Positions 1 to 10,094 of a DNA stretch of 20,000 bases are shown in pieces. Position 1 is the stretch's first letter, and every line of letters starts with the position of its first letter. The stretch lies in assembly GCA_026026165.1 (NCBI GenBank), contig JAPEUD010000013.1, positions 489,594-509,593 on the forward strand. The letters are read 5' to 3'. A program made the position numbers and the translations under genes. The notes under the pieces were generated by a model. It had not been told where the DNA came from and searched no databases. It was given only the letters and a program-made list of their open reading frames with translations. This stretch comes from Sarea resinae (Eukaryota).

Positions 1-97
1 CACTGGTCGTTCGCTTTTTTTTTGCTGGAATTGCCCTTGTATCTTCCGTTCGGACTGGGAGTTCGCGCTGACTCTAATTGCGGATACGATAATTTAG

Positions 98-388
98 GGA
101 ATATACGTCCTCACAGACAGCAGCTTTCGGCCCTTCTCTCGCATGAGTATGGAGGCGGGGTCTCCTGTGATCAACCGCGCACAGCCGGTACGTTTTCCCT
201 GTTGACCTCTATCCCCTGCTTTAGGCACATTGAAGCGTGGCTGACTACGACTGAAGTTTCTCTGGTTTCCATGTGGTATCATACGGGGAGCTCTGGCAAA
301 TATGGGCATCGATGCGACTGTCCAAGCGGAGACGACTGAATTGCCTGGTGCTACTTTTCAGATCAAGACGGTCAATGCGAAGACATGA
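98..388 (+). CDS. TRS33: TRAPP complex subunit Trs33/TRAPPC6 (Bet3 family), last two exons of a gene that begins before the window
   Basis: Exons 98-187 and 257-388. The upstream intron ends at TTAG 97. Intron 188-256 is GTACGT...GCTGAC...GAAG. The spliced translation GIYVLTDSSFRPFSRMSMEAGSPVINRAQP|FLWFPCGIIRGALANMGIDATVQAETTELPGATFQIKTVNAKT* carries the Trs33-type motifs G(I/V)YVLTD..F and FPCGIIRGAL. The ORF track misses it because of the introns. Confidence 0.9.
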
Positions 389-609
389 GATTGGTGCTTG
401 AAATTGGTGTCATTTATGATTTAGCGGCATTGGGCGGCGTTTTCAGGCATTTTCACTTTGCATCATGTCCTTTGGGACAATGAGGAATTATGAAGTGAAC
501 ATTATCAGTGCTTAAATCCTCGTTGATGCTTCATTGAAATATTTGATGCGTCGCTCATATCCTTTGATCTTCTTGACGGCTGATCTAGGATTATTCGTCT
601 AGGATCTCA

Positions 610-616
610 TTACAAC
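610..616 (-). CDS. MDH: Putative alternative terminal micro-exon of MDH (G-TTG-TAA), giving the C-terminus ...PPPKL*
   Basis: Minus strand: donor AA|GTGATC at 763, branch GCTGAC at 641-636, acceptors CAG (623-621) and TAG (619-617). Splicing to the TAG gives AA+G TTG TAA = Lys-Leu-stop. Inferred from sequence only. Confidence 0.65.
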
Positions 617-759
617 CTATCTGACCACGCCAGCAGTCAGCCTAAAACGAGCTTTCAGAGTCGTAGTGTCACCCGCACAATTTGCACGCAGTGACGCACT
701 GAGAGCGCACACTACTTGAGACTTGCCGATAGGTAGTAGTATAAAGAAAGTGGGGTGGA

Positions 760-2150
760 TCACTTCGGTGGGGGGTTCTTGACGAAATCAATCCCTTTCT
801 CGATATTGCCCTTCAATCCCTTTGCGCTCGCTTCAAGTAACTTCTTTTCGTACTCATTGGCGTGTGGGAGAGGGTTGAGTGCTTTTTCGGCCCCAGAAGG
901 CTAAAAAAATTATGGTTAGTAAACATTGGGCTGGAGAATGTTTGAAGGGGGGGCATACTCCGAGCTCGATAGGCACAGAGAAGAAATCGACACCGGTTTC
1001 TTTAGCGATAGCGTCACCACCTTTAACACCAGGAAGATAGACATAAGTTGGCTCAATGATGCCATTTTCACCCTTAAAGGCCTGTATGACCTTCTCCGCG
1101 AAACTGAACCCGTTGATCAGTCATCATAACTCTTGAGAGAATCCAAAACGAGAATTTTACCGGAACCCAGCATAGGCCATTGACAGGGTCGCAGACCCTG
1201 CACCATCCTTGGCCTTGACAACCTCATCACCACCAAATTGAACACCTAAGATTTGATTAGTTGATCAACTCTTTGATTTCGTTGGAACCGAAAACTCACG
1301 GTTGACTAGAGCGTCCAATTTGTCCGCTGGGATATTGATACTCGGCTTGGCCTGGCTGAAGAGGGGAACAATTGTCTCTCCGGAATGGCCACCAACAACT
1401 GGTATGACCGTCTTTGCGGGATCCTTCTCGCCGGTGATGCTCTGCACAAAGGTTTCGGCACGAACGACATCTAGTGTCGTTACACCAAAGAGGCGCTTGG
1501 GGTCGAATACATCCGCAGCCTTCAGTACTTCGGCGGCAATGGGGACCGTAGAGTTGACGGGATTCGAAATAATGAGGACAAAAGCTTTAGGGCTGAATTC
1601 TGCGATTCCCTTTACGAGGTCTCGTACAATGCTGGCATTGATCTTGAACAAATCGTCCCGCGTCATGCCGGGCTTTCCTACAGAAATGTTAGCTCTCAAA
1701 TCCTCTCAGATTTGGGATATGTGAGGAATCTACTGGGAATTCCGGCCGGGATGAGGACAACGTCAGCCCCCGTCAATGCATGCCTGAGGCCGTCATTGGC
1801 TGGCAGATATCCAGAAATTTTCTACTCTTTCGTCAGCTTCAGTCACCCAATTCCCAGTGATGACAAGACATATTTACCGCTATTGACGAAATATGAGAAA
1901 GATCTGCAGTGACACCCGGTGTATTGACGACATCATAGAGAGCCAGATCGTCGACAAGAGGGCTAGCCTTCAAGAGAAGTGAAAGTGGCTAGCAGACTCA
2001 TTATCACCTCATCGTCCAAGTGAGAAATTGGCCATGGACTTACCTGTCCGATTCCGCCGGAGGCACCGAGAACAACTAAGCAGCAATCAATAACACATTC
2101 AAAAGAATTTATTAAGTGGATGGGTGCTTCTGAATACCTGCTTTGACCAT
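760..2150 (-). CDS. MDH: NAD-dependent malate dehydrogenase, cytosolic/peroxisomal type (no mitochondrial presequence), 330 aa
   Basis: Eight exons: 2150-2138, 2075-2044, 1988-1878, 1821-1734, 1677-1300, 1245-1161, 1103-959, 900-760 (993 nt). All introns are GT-AG, 54-62 nt. The protein starts [22 protein letters not shown] (Rossmann motif), contains [46 protein letters not shown] and [16 protein letters not shown], and ends VKNPPPK*. Confidence 0.97.
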
Positions 2151-2197
2151 TGTTGCTGTAATGAGAATATAAGTATCGAACGATGTGGTTCGAAGCT

Positions 2198-2256
2198 CTG
2201 GAAAACATTGATTTTAGCATGCTAGAAAGCTACATCAATTGCGCAAGGACACAGAC
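2198..2256 (-). other. Probable 5'-UTR intron of MDH (59 nt)
   Basis: AAAG|GTCTGT ... GCTAAA ... TTTTCCAG. The length matches the other MDH introns, and removing it eliminates both upstream ATGs (2220 and 2208). The branch site is non-consensus. Confidence 0.5.
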
Positions 2257-3603
2257 CTTTGAAGGGGGAGGGAATAGATTTATGTTTCTCCTGTGGGCTG
2301 GTGAAAAGGAAGAAAGTTTTATGCCTGTATGGGTTGGCTTTGAGGTCGAGAGGACAGATTTTAAATGCTGTAGGGAAGGGGAATCGAGGAGACGATTTGA
2401 TAATGGACGATGGCGGGGTATGTGTTCACACCGCAGTCAAGTAGGCAAAACACCCCCAGCTTAGCTGTCGGGTCTACCGTAAGCGAAGACGTAGAGATGG
2501 TAGAATGATACCCACCTGGCAGATTGGCAAGACAAATTACATGATGGCACTTCGAGGTTGAGTACTGCTACCTCCGGGTAGCTAGGTCTGCAGCGTCAAG
2601 CATGAGGATCTACGTAGTGGACAGTACATATGGCGACATGAGAAGATGGGGAATTTTGGTGGGGAAATGACGGAGGAGAGTGCTCGCCCGATCAAGGTTG
2701 ACGTGCGGAGGAGAGCCCGGAGAAAATGCTACCCGATAATTACCTACCTCCGGCTTCAGCTTATCGACGCTGGAGCAGCACCTTGCCGTACGACGTACGT
2801 TCGAAGTACATGTACCTGACCGGTGATCCTTTTAGCAAGGTCCCTCGGTCCAAGCCCATCCATCGCATGGATCCGTTCTTGTTGCCTCGCCCTGCTCCTC
2901 TCGGGACTCTTCGGCGTCAATATCCAGAGTCGCGGGGATAAATCGGAACTGAAGTGGCGCTCTAATGTCAGTACGATGTTCTAAAGAGGGTCACTATTGG
3001 AGAGACCACGGCAACTCCTCCAGCTTCCAGTCCATGGGCAGAGTATGTGACGTTCGATTGGCCTCCGATCGGCAGTGTTCATCTGCCTTAACCTTGGGCG
3101 ATACGTTCCTCTGGTGGACTCCGGGTTCGCCATACAACGCTTACTCTGGAGTAGACTCGTTGCGTGGCGAATTACGGCCGGAAAAACCTCGAGGGCCGAG
3201 GCAATGTCGCCGTTGCTCTCTACCTCAGGACTACTACGTAGTACATACTCACAGTGGTCTATCAAATCAAAGATCCGGGACTGCCCGTCAGTCTTCGAGC
3301 CGGCGACCTACTCCGAGTGGAGCAGCTTGGTGCTTCACATAGCTGGACAAGGATATTCACACAGCGCACATACGATATCCAGGCCGGTAACAAGAGGGCA
3401 CTGGAGAAGCGTTCCTTTCCTCAAGATCTCGATACGTGTTGCTAGCACCGTGTCACAAAGATTGTTGCTGAAAACATGCCATCATGGATACCTCTGTAGG
3501 TCCCGGTGGTGACACAGCTAGGCCGTCAAACAGTGGATTCTCGCCATCTTGACCTAGATGCCCCTCCCTGCCCTTCCATCTAACAGGCACAGCTCCCAAA
3601 CCC

Positions 3604-4343
3604 TTAGGCAGAATCCTTCTCCGCAGCTTTCTTCGCCTTTACACCACGAAGTTTCTTCTCTGGGGTCTCCTTCTTCGGTCGCTGGGATTGGCGAAGAGCG
3701 CTGGCACGGGCCACGGCTTCTGCGCGAAGGTCCGATCTGTAGCCATTCTTCGCTGTCGTGTTGGCCACAATTTTATAAAGCCTAGAGTCAAACACTTTGA
3801 GCCTCTGGAATAATCAGGGGAGCACGAGCCGTAGACTTACTTCCGGCTAGGAGTGCTGGCGCTGAAGGTCGTCTCGTTGAAGCCGGATGCAGGCTTGTTG
3901 ACGTTCTTGGTTCTCTTCGTGATCACGGTGACGCCATTCTTCTCAGAAGACTGAACACCAACAGCCTATAAAAGCCATACCCGTTAGACTCGTCGAATTA
4001 GGTCCCGAAGGGATACCATCATGACTGAAAGGGTGAGGGTGCAGCGAGCGTTTTGCGGCGTACCTTATCGTTCACGAAGCCGCTGTACTGTACCAATTGT
4101 TAGTCCCTCATCGCCCTTCAAGAAGCTCAATGCGCCGAACCTTTCTAGAGTGCTTGTTCACCAAATTCAGGGGATCCCGGGAGAATTGAGCACCACCACC
4201 AGTTCTCCGCTTCACCAGATAGGTGTTGTAGGGGCCTGATATTGATTTTCAATCGGTCAATTTCTCCCCTATCATCACAACTTCTGGGGGAGATGATTCT
4301 CACGGGTAAGTTCCCAGATCAGGTCGGAAGGAGCGTCAGCCAT
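3604..4343 (-). CDS. RPL28: 60S ribosomal protein L28e (eL28), 153 aa
   Basis: Five exons: 4343-4304, 4235-4141, 4087-4064, 3965-3841, 3781-3604 (462 nt). Translation MADAPSDLIWELTRPYNTYLVKRRTGGGAQFSRDPLNLVNKHSRKYSGFVNDKAVGVQ...YRSDLRAEAVARASALRQSQRPKKETPEKKLRGVKAKKAAEKDSA* has the eL28 signatures (S.DLIW, FSRDPLNL.N.HS.KYSG, YR.DL...A.ARASA). Confidence 0.96.
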
Positions 4344-4817
4344 TTTTTGCGATATTCGTCAATCTTTGAATCCGTAACAGATCAACTCGAAGATGCAGAC
4401 AAACCAGTCGAAGTCGAATTCGTGACTTCGCTCAATCCATTGTGCGTCCTGCGAAACCCTCGGCATAAGCCGCTCGCTTAATGCGGCTGAACGCAAGAGA
4501 GCAAGAACGTTGATTTATTAGTCATCGTATGCCTGGAGAGCTGGTCCCGATCTGTCTGGATCTTACGTTGGGGTATGCGTATTCGCTCATTTATCGTGTA
4601 TGCGCCTAAACAACAGTTCCACTTCGTAGCTTCATCGCAACAGCTGCTCCTACAGGAGTCATTTTGACTGAGGATTCTCTATCTCGTCCTCTTCCTCCCT
4701 CTCTTCCAGGCCTCTTGGAGCTGTTCTGCTTTGACCATCAAAACCTCAAGTCTCTAGACAGAAAGACATCCTTCTTTTGAGCGTCCGTACATTTTTCAGC
4801 TAGACCACACCTTTGCC

Positions 4818-5247
4818 ATGGGCTATCTCCTCTACTCCCTTTCCTTTTCTTTCTTAGTCCTAGCTACAGGTTGGTGTCTTCATAAAGCTATCTTTACGAA
4901 ATACTTGTCGCTGACTAGAGTATGCAGCGCTTTACTTTACCCGCAAGCACTGGATTCCTTACCTGCCCTTTGCCGACTACGTTTATCAGCGCCTTCCTTC
5001 CTCATTCGCTGGCGATATTGAAGCCGGCCTCAGCTCCAACGAATTTGATCTTTCTACCAATCTTGCGTCTGGTGACTCAAGAGCAGGTCTTGACGAACAT
5101 GGCAAGCGTGAGGTGCGGAGGATTATGAAACGACGAAGAGTCGGCTTCGACGAGGCGCGTCGGATATACACGGAGCAGCGTTTTGCAAAAAATAACATCG
5201 GCCCTGATGGGCGTCCCCGCGATCCTAAATTTGTCTCTTTTTCCTAA
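4818..5247 (+). CDS. Small conserved fungal protein, DUF2015/UPF0357 family (YCL012C-like), with an N-terminal hydrophobic anchor, 123 aa
   Basis: Exons 4818-4869 and 4928-5247; intron GTTGGT...GCTGAC...GCAG. Protein MGYLLYSLSFSFLVLATALYFTRKHW...YQRLPSSFAGDIEAGLSSNEFDLSTNL..GDSRAGLD...VGFDEARRIYTEQRFAKNNIGPDGRPRDPKFVSFS*, with the family-typical SF..DIE.GLSS..FDL and IGPDG.P.DPK.V.FS motifs. Confidence 0.88.
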
Positions 5248-5816
5248 AGATCCAAGATGTCCGAGATGTCGATACTGGCTTCGGGGACTGGTCAACAATT
5301 TGCGCGCCTGGAGACCCTCTTTGGTAACAGGCGTGTATGAATCAGCTCACGTTCAAAAATATCACTTGCGGCATGAAAATCTCTTTTGTATGGAGCTCTA
5401 GGAGCATTTTGATTCATTTTCTATCCGGAAGCGTCGGTGTCTAAGGCGCTCTGCTGCACAGTAAATCTTTTTCGAATTTTCTGTACCCTTAGCGCATCTT
5501 GTCTTCCAGCTTCTGCCACAAAATTCTGGCCATTGTTTTCAAGTCGTCCTGCCCGGTCTGCACCTTCTAATCACTACTCCAATAGTATACAAACCTTTTG
5601 GTCAATTTATCCTTGGCTGGAGCCCAATGACCGCTTAGGAATGAGAATAGCACACTGAGTTTGATGTCAAATTCGAGCTTCAGCGTCTCTCATAGTGTTT
5701 CTTGCAGCTCACCTAACGGCCTTTTAAGACAGACGGAAGTCCGAGCGTGTTCTTGAGGTTTTATGATAGCCCACCGTATGAACTTCATAGTTACACTTCA
5801 ACCAAATATTCAATCC

Positions 5817-6979
5817 TCATCTGCCACCTCTACCATATCCCTGTTGCTGAAAACCTGGTGGTAGGCCTGGCGGAGCGCCTGGTCCGGGCGGAGGTCCGAA
5901 TCCGGGAGGCGGTCCAAAGTTAGGCGGGGGAATTCCCATCCCAGGTGGCGGGGTAGCTTGTGAGGGATATGCAACCTGCTGCGGGGGCCCAAAGCCAGGG
6001 GGAACGAAGCCTTGAGGGCCACCGTATCCAGCTCGGGATGGTGGTGGTCGCGCTGGCAATCCCGATGGCGGGGCCGAGAGAGGTTGCGACATCTGTGGAA
6101 CTGGACGCTGCGCCGGCGGCTGGACATTCGGGTAAGCGCTTGCAGGAGGGCCTCCTCTCCCATTCAAGAAGCCGTCGGGCCGAGCAATGTTCCCATCCAA
6201 AAGTGCAGCTGGTGCCGTTGGAGTATTCACGCTGAAGAGCTGAGGAGGTAGTGGCTGCGTTTGCGGTTGCACATTGTGTTTCTGGGCCTGTCTCGCAAGC
6301 TCTCTTTCTGCCGCATCTCCATGTCGTTCTCCCTTCCCGTCCTTCTTGTAGGCATACTGGACTGATATTTCGTGATTCATGAGATATTGCTTGTCCATGT
6401 TCCGTATTGCGTCATCGGAAGCGTCGAAGTTGGAGAACGACACGAACCCATAGCCTTTAGAAAGGTTGGCTTCATCGCGCGCCACCTAGAAGATGATAAG
6501 CAACGTTTTATCTTATGATCTAGAATATGACGAACCTTGGGAGCGGCCACCAGGCTGCCAAAACGGCTGAACGTATCATAGAGAGTCTTCTCATCCACCA
6601 TGGGATCCAAATTCCCAACAAACAACTCCGCTCCCACTTCAACAGTCTTTTGCTTGTCCGCAGAGGCCTTGTTGACCCTGATGGGCTTCCCATACAGCCG
6701 CACCTGATTCATAATCTTGGCCGCATACTCGGCGTCCTCTTCGCTGATGAACTCGACGAAGCCATATCCCTGATGGGTCTGGGTAACTCGGTCTTTGGGC
6801 AGGTGGACGTTAACAATTCGACCCGCCTGAAGCATCAATTCCCATACCAGGGCGTCTGTAACCCGTTCGTCGAGATTGCCCACGTAGACAGTAGCCTCTT
6901 TATCCTGTTCCCTGCGCAGCTGTCAGAGAGCAACATGGACAGCAAGGAGTCAAATTTACCAATGTCTCGCGCCAGACAT
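5817..6979 (-). CDS. HSH49: Splicing factor 3B subunit 4 (SF3B4/SAP49/Hsh49): two RRMs and a Pro/Gly-rich tail, 354 aa
   Basis: Exons 6979-6960, 6911-6536, 6485-5817 (1065 nt). Translation [61 protein letters not shown]...[12 protein letters not shown]...[10 protein letters not shown]...[21 protein letters not shown] is characteristic of SF3B4. Confidence 0.96.
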
Positions 6980-8180
6980 GCTAGCGATCTAGTGACGATC
7001 CTCTCGAGTATGACAAAATTTCCGAATCTCTGCTGGAAGTCGATGATGGGCTCAAATTGGTTCTCCGACTCTTGCTCACTGCTCGAATGGTGTTCCAATT
7101 TTGGTATACCGCTTTCGAAGCGCAAGCACAAGAGGGTAGGCCGCTTAGTCAGCCACGGTCTGTGAAGGCGGGTTTTCTACTGCGGTAGAGATATCACAAT
7201 CATATTTTACCTTCATTTCCACATCTCAGTTTGATACTTCTTCGCCATTGTCGCAAACAGCCGGATATCATCTGTCTTCTGCATTCGCCAAAATGCAACT
7301 CTCAGAAGAATCAAAAGTATGTTCCTCGAGGCTCTTCCTGCTTCTTCGTTAGTTCGCGACTGACAGATGCCAGGAGCGGATCACCAAGGTTATCGACCTT
7401 TCGAGGGTCGCCATCCATTAGTATGTTACTCATATGGGAGCATGCGCCTCTGGCTCCATCCTATGGCATTATAAGCTGATACTTGCTAGTGGCTACCTGC
7501 CCCTAATTATCTATCTTGGTATGGCGAGCTTTACCTGACCTTAAAATAATTTTGAGACTGATCTGTCGTACATAGGCTACACTCGCAGCGAGCCCCGACC
7601 CGCTCTTATCAGGTATGGAGTTTTGTATATGGCGCAGCCACCAGCGACGATTCGAGACTAACTGGAATTCTGTTGCCTTGATAGACTGTTCTCTCCACTT
7701 GCTTGAGCACGGCATCAAAACCAACTCGCTGGAGTGAGTCGTTTGCGTTGGAGGGGGTAGTTCTACAGAATACGGACACAATGGTCCCCGCTTGAGTGAA
7801 AATTGGTCTGGTGCATTGAGATGGAGTTGTAGGTCCGATTTGGCAGCTTGACGGGCATGGTGTATTTGCCTCAGAGACTCCAATGTATTATAGTATTTGC
7901 TTCATGCACAGAAAGCCTACCTAGCGACTCGCTCTTTTACAAACACATGTTACCCGTAGCATCCTGGTGATACCTGAGCCATGATATCACCAAATTCGGA
8001 TTTTCAAGAGAGGTAGAGTTGCCAGCTCCTTTACATCCCGCCCTTGTCGGGTTTTATTCGGGCAGACAGAAATGGGTAGGTATATGTATACCGTCATCAT
8101 TGATTCCTGAACCCTTCAAACCTCACCACATTTCACGACCCAGTTGACGATCTCCACATCAAGCCGCTCCATTGCTATCG

Positions 8181-9420
8181 ATGACTAGCAATAATGGGCT
8201 GTCGACGTCTTCGATTGAAACAATAGCCGGTGCAACAGCGGGCATTGTATCTACACTCGTTGTTCATCCTCTCGAACTGCTCAAAACCCGTCTACAAGGC
8301 AAGCAAGCAACAACAGACCTCCATTTTCCATGAGCGCATAGATTGTTATCATCAAGCAGGCGGCTGACGCCCGCTTCCATCTAGTCGATCGAGTGCACAA
8401 ATCCCATGTCGGCGGCTCCGTGAAGATCATTCGTGACATTGCCCGAAAGGAGGGGAGCTTTACGGCTTTCTACCGCGGCTTGACGCCGAACGTTGTCGGT
8501 AATACTGTGGCCTGGGCATTTTATTTTCTCTGGTATTATATCGGTCTCCTCTTCGCCAGCTCTGTATAGCCTCTCCGAAAACAAAACACTGCTGATGTTA
8601 CCCTTAAAAGGTACGGCAATCTCAAAGATGCGCTCAGCCAATACCACGGTTCCCAACATGGCCTATCATCGTCGGATTACTTTCTGGCGTCCGCCGCGGC
8701 AGGTATAGCACACCCGAACAAGATCGCCTTCAAACCAACCTGATGCTAATTCCAGCTTTCACAACACATGGTTAGGCGCCCTAACGGCCGTCTGTACAAA
8801 CCCAATTTGGGTCATCAAAACCCGCATGCTTTCAACCGGTTCCAGCGCTCCAGGCGCCTACACCAGCGTTGTCCATGGTGTGCGTGAGATTCTCCGCAGC
8901 GAAGGCCCCCGCGGCTTCTACCGCGGTCTACTCCCTGCTTTACTTGGCGTCTCGCACGGCGCCGTCCAGTTCGTTGCCTACGAGCGCTTAAAATCGTACC
9001 GCCTCGGGCAGAAGTTGCGTGGGACCAATGAAGGGAACTCGAACCCCAGCGACGGTGGACCATCAAAGCCACCAGTGCTAAGCAATTCGGACTATTTGGC
9101 CTGCTCCGCTGTCTCGAAGTCGCTGGCCGGCACGATCACGTATCCATACCAGGTCGTCAAGGCCCGACTGCAGACGTATGACGCTGGCACGACGTATAAA
9201 TCCGCCACGGATGTGGTTGTGCAACTATGGAGGAGGGAGGGCGCCAGCGGGTTCTACAAGGGGTATGGCCTTGATCTTTGTTAGTCCTTTGCGTGCAAGT
9301 CAATACTCATACTCTGATATCCGCAGGCTCGGCCCAAATATAGTGCGCGTTCTTCCCGCCACATGTGTGACGTTTGTTGTTTACGAGAACACAAAGTATT
9401 ATCTCCAGTCTTTGAAGTGA
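8181..9420 (+). CDS. FLX1: Mitochondrial carrier (SLC25), FAD/folate carrier of the Flx1/SLC25A32 type, 312 aa
   Basis: Exons 8181-8298, 8385-8532, 8611-8702, 8776-9262, 9327-9420 (939 nt). Three carrier repeats: HPLELLKTRLQ...FYRGLTPN, NPIWVIKTRM...FYRGLLPALLGVSHGAVQFVAYE, YPYQVVKARLQ...[24 protein letters not shown]. The W in the second signature and the GVSHGA.QF..YE motif are typical of FAD/folate carriers. Intron 1 is GC-AG and intron 2 ends in AAG. Confidence 0.88.
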
Positions 9421-10094
9421 AGAGGTCTAGCCGTTTAAGAAGGCTTGAAAATGACACTGTCACACAAGAGGCGTAAGAAGCCGTTCTGATCAAAGTCTTC
9501 CTAGCTTTCATCATGCGAGCATGCACAATTTACCGAGCAATTGCCATTTGTTGGACCATTCGCAATGACTCAGATATTCGCATATCATAGATATTGACAT
9601 GAATTCTTGCAGAGACATTGTTAACCGCCAGTGTTGCCTATGTTGCCTATATTGTTAAAGACTTAAGACTGCCAGACTTCACAAAGCACACCATGGTAAG
9701 AAACAACTCAAAGTCATCAAACAATCAATCTAGTCATATACACACCACGCTATGGTATATAGACAAACCAAGTAGACAAAGATACAGGTTTAGCAGCCCA
9801 ATCGTCCGTCTTCATCTCGGGCATCTCCATCAAATCAAAATCATCCCAACACTGTGAATGCCCCATGATTGCCATCGCTATCGCCCTCTATGCCCATCTA
9901 AACGTTATTTCCCACAATCCAAACCTAAACAGAGTGCACCCATATCGTATCATCAGCACCCACCCCCCCCCCCATTCCAAGCTAAACACCTTCGAAGACT
10001 CCCATAAATCAACCATGCTGTTTCCAAGCATTCTTCATCATCTTTTGATACTCTTCGTCCTACTTTGGACGCGTCTAACCAATTGGCAAATTGA

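Noticed and set aside
712..762. Stop-codon readthrough of MDH as the source of a peroxisomal signal
   Set aside because: The context is TGA-TCC, not the TGA-CTA readthrough motif, and the extension ends ...SASLK*, which is not a PTS1. The splicing model fits much better.
2843..3201. Two CCTCGG/CCGAGG (FarA/FarB fatty-acid response core) hexamers upstream of MDH
   Set aside because: They fit a peroxisomal role, but roughly one such hexamer is expected by chance in this interval, so they are not evidence alone.
2726..3512. Cluster of 60-145 aa ORFs between MDH and RPL28
   Set aside because: Overlapping frames with no recognisable family or consistent splice pattern. The region is better explained as the MDH promoter plus the RPL28 3' UTR.
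6527..7165. 212-aa plus-strand ORF
   Set aside because: It is an antisense shadow of the HSH49 coding exons.
7231..7883. ORFs in the 1.2-kb HSH49-FLX1 divergent gap
   Set aside because: Non-ATG starts and no motifs. A small gene or lncRNA cannot be excluded but is not supported.
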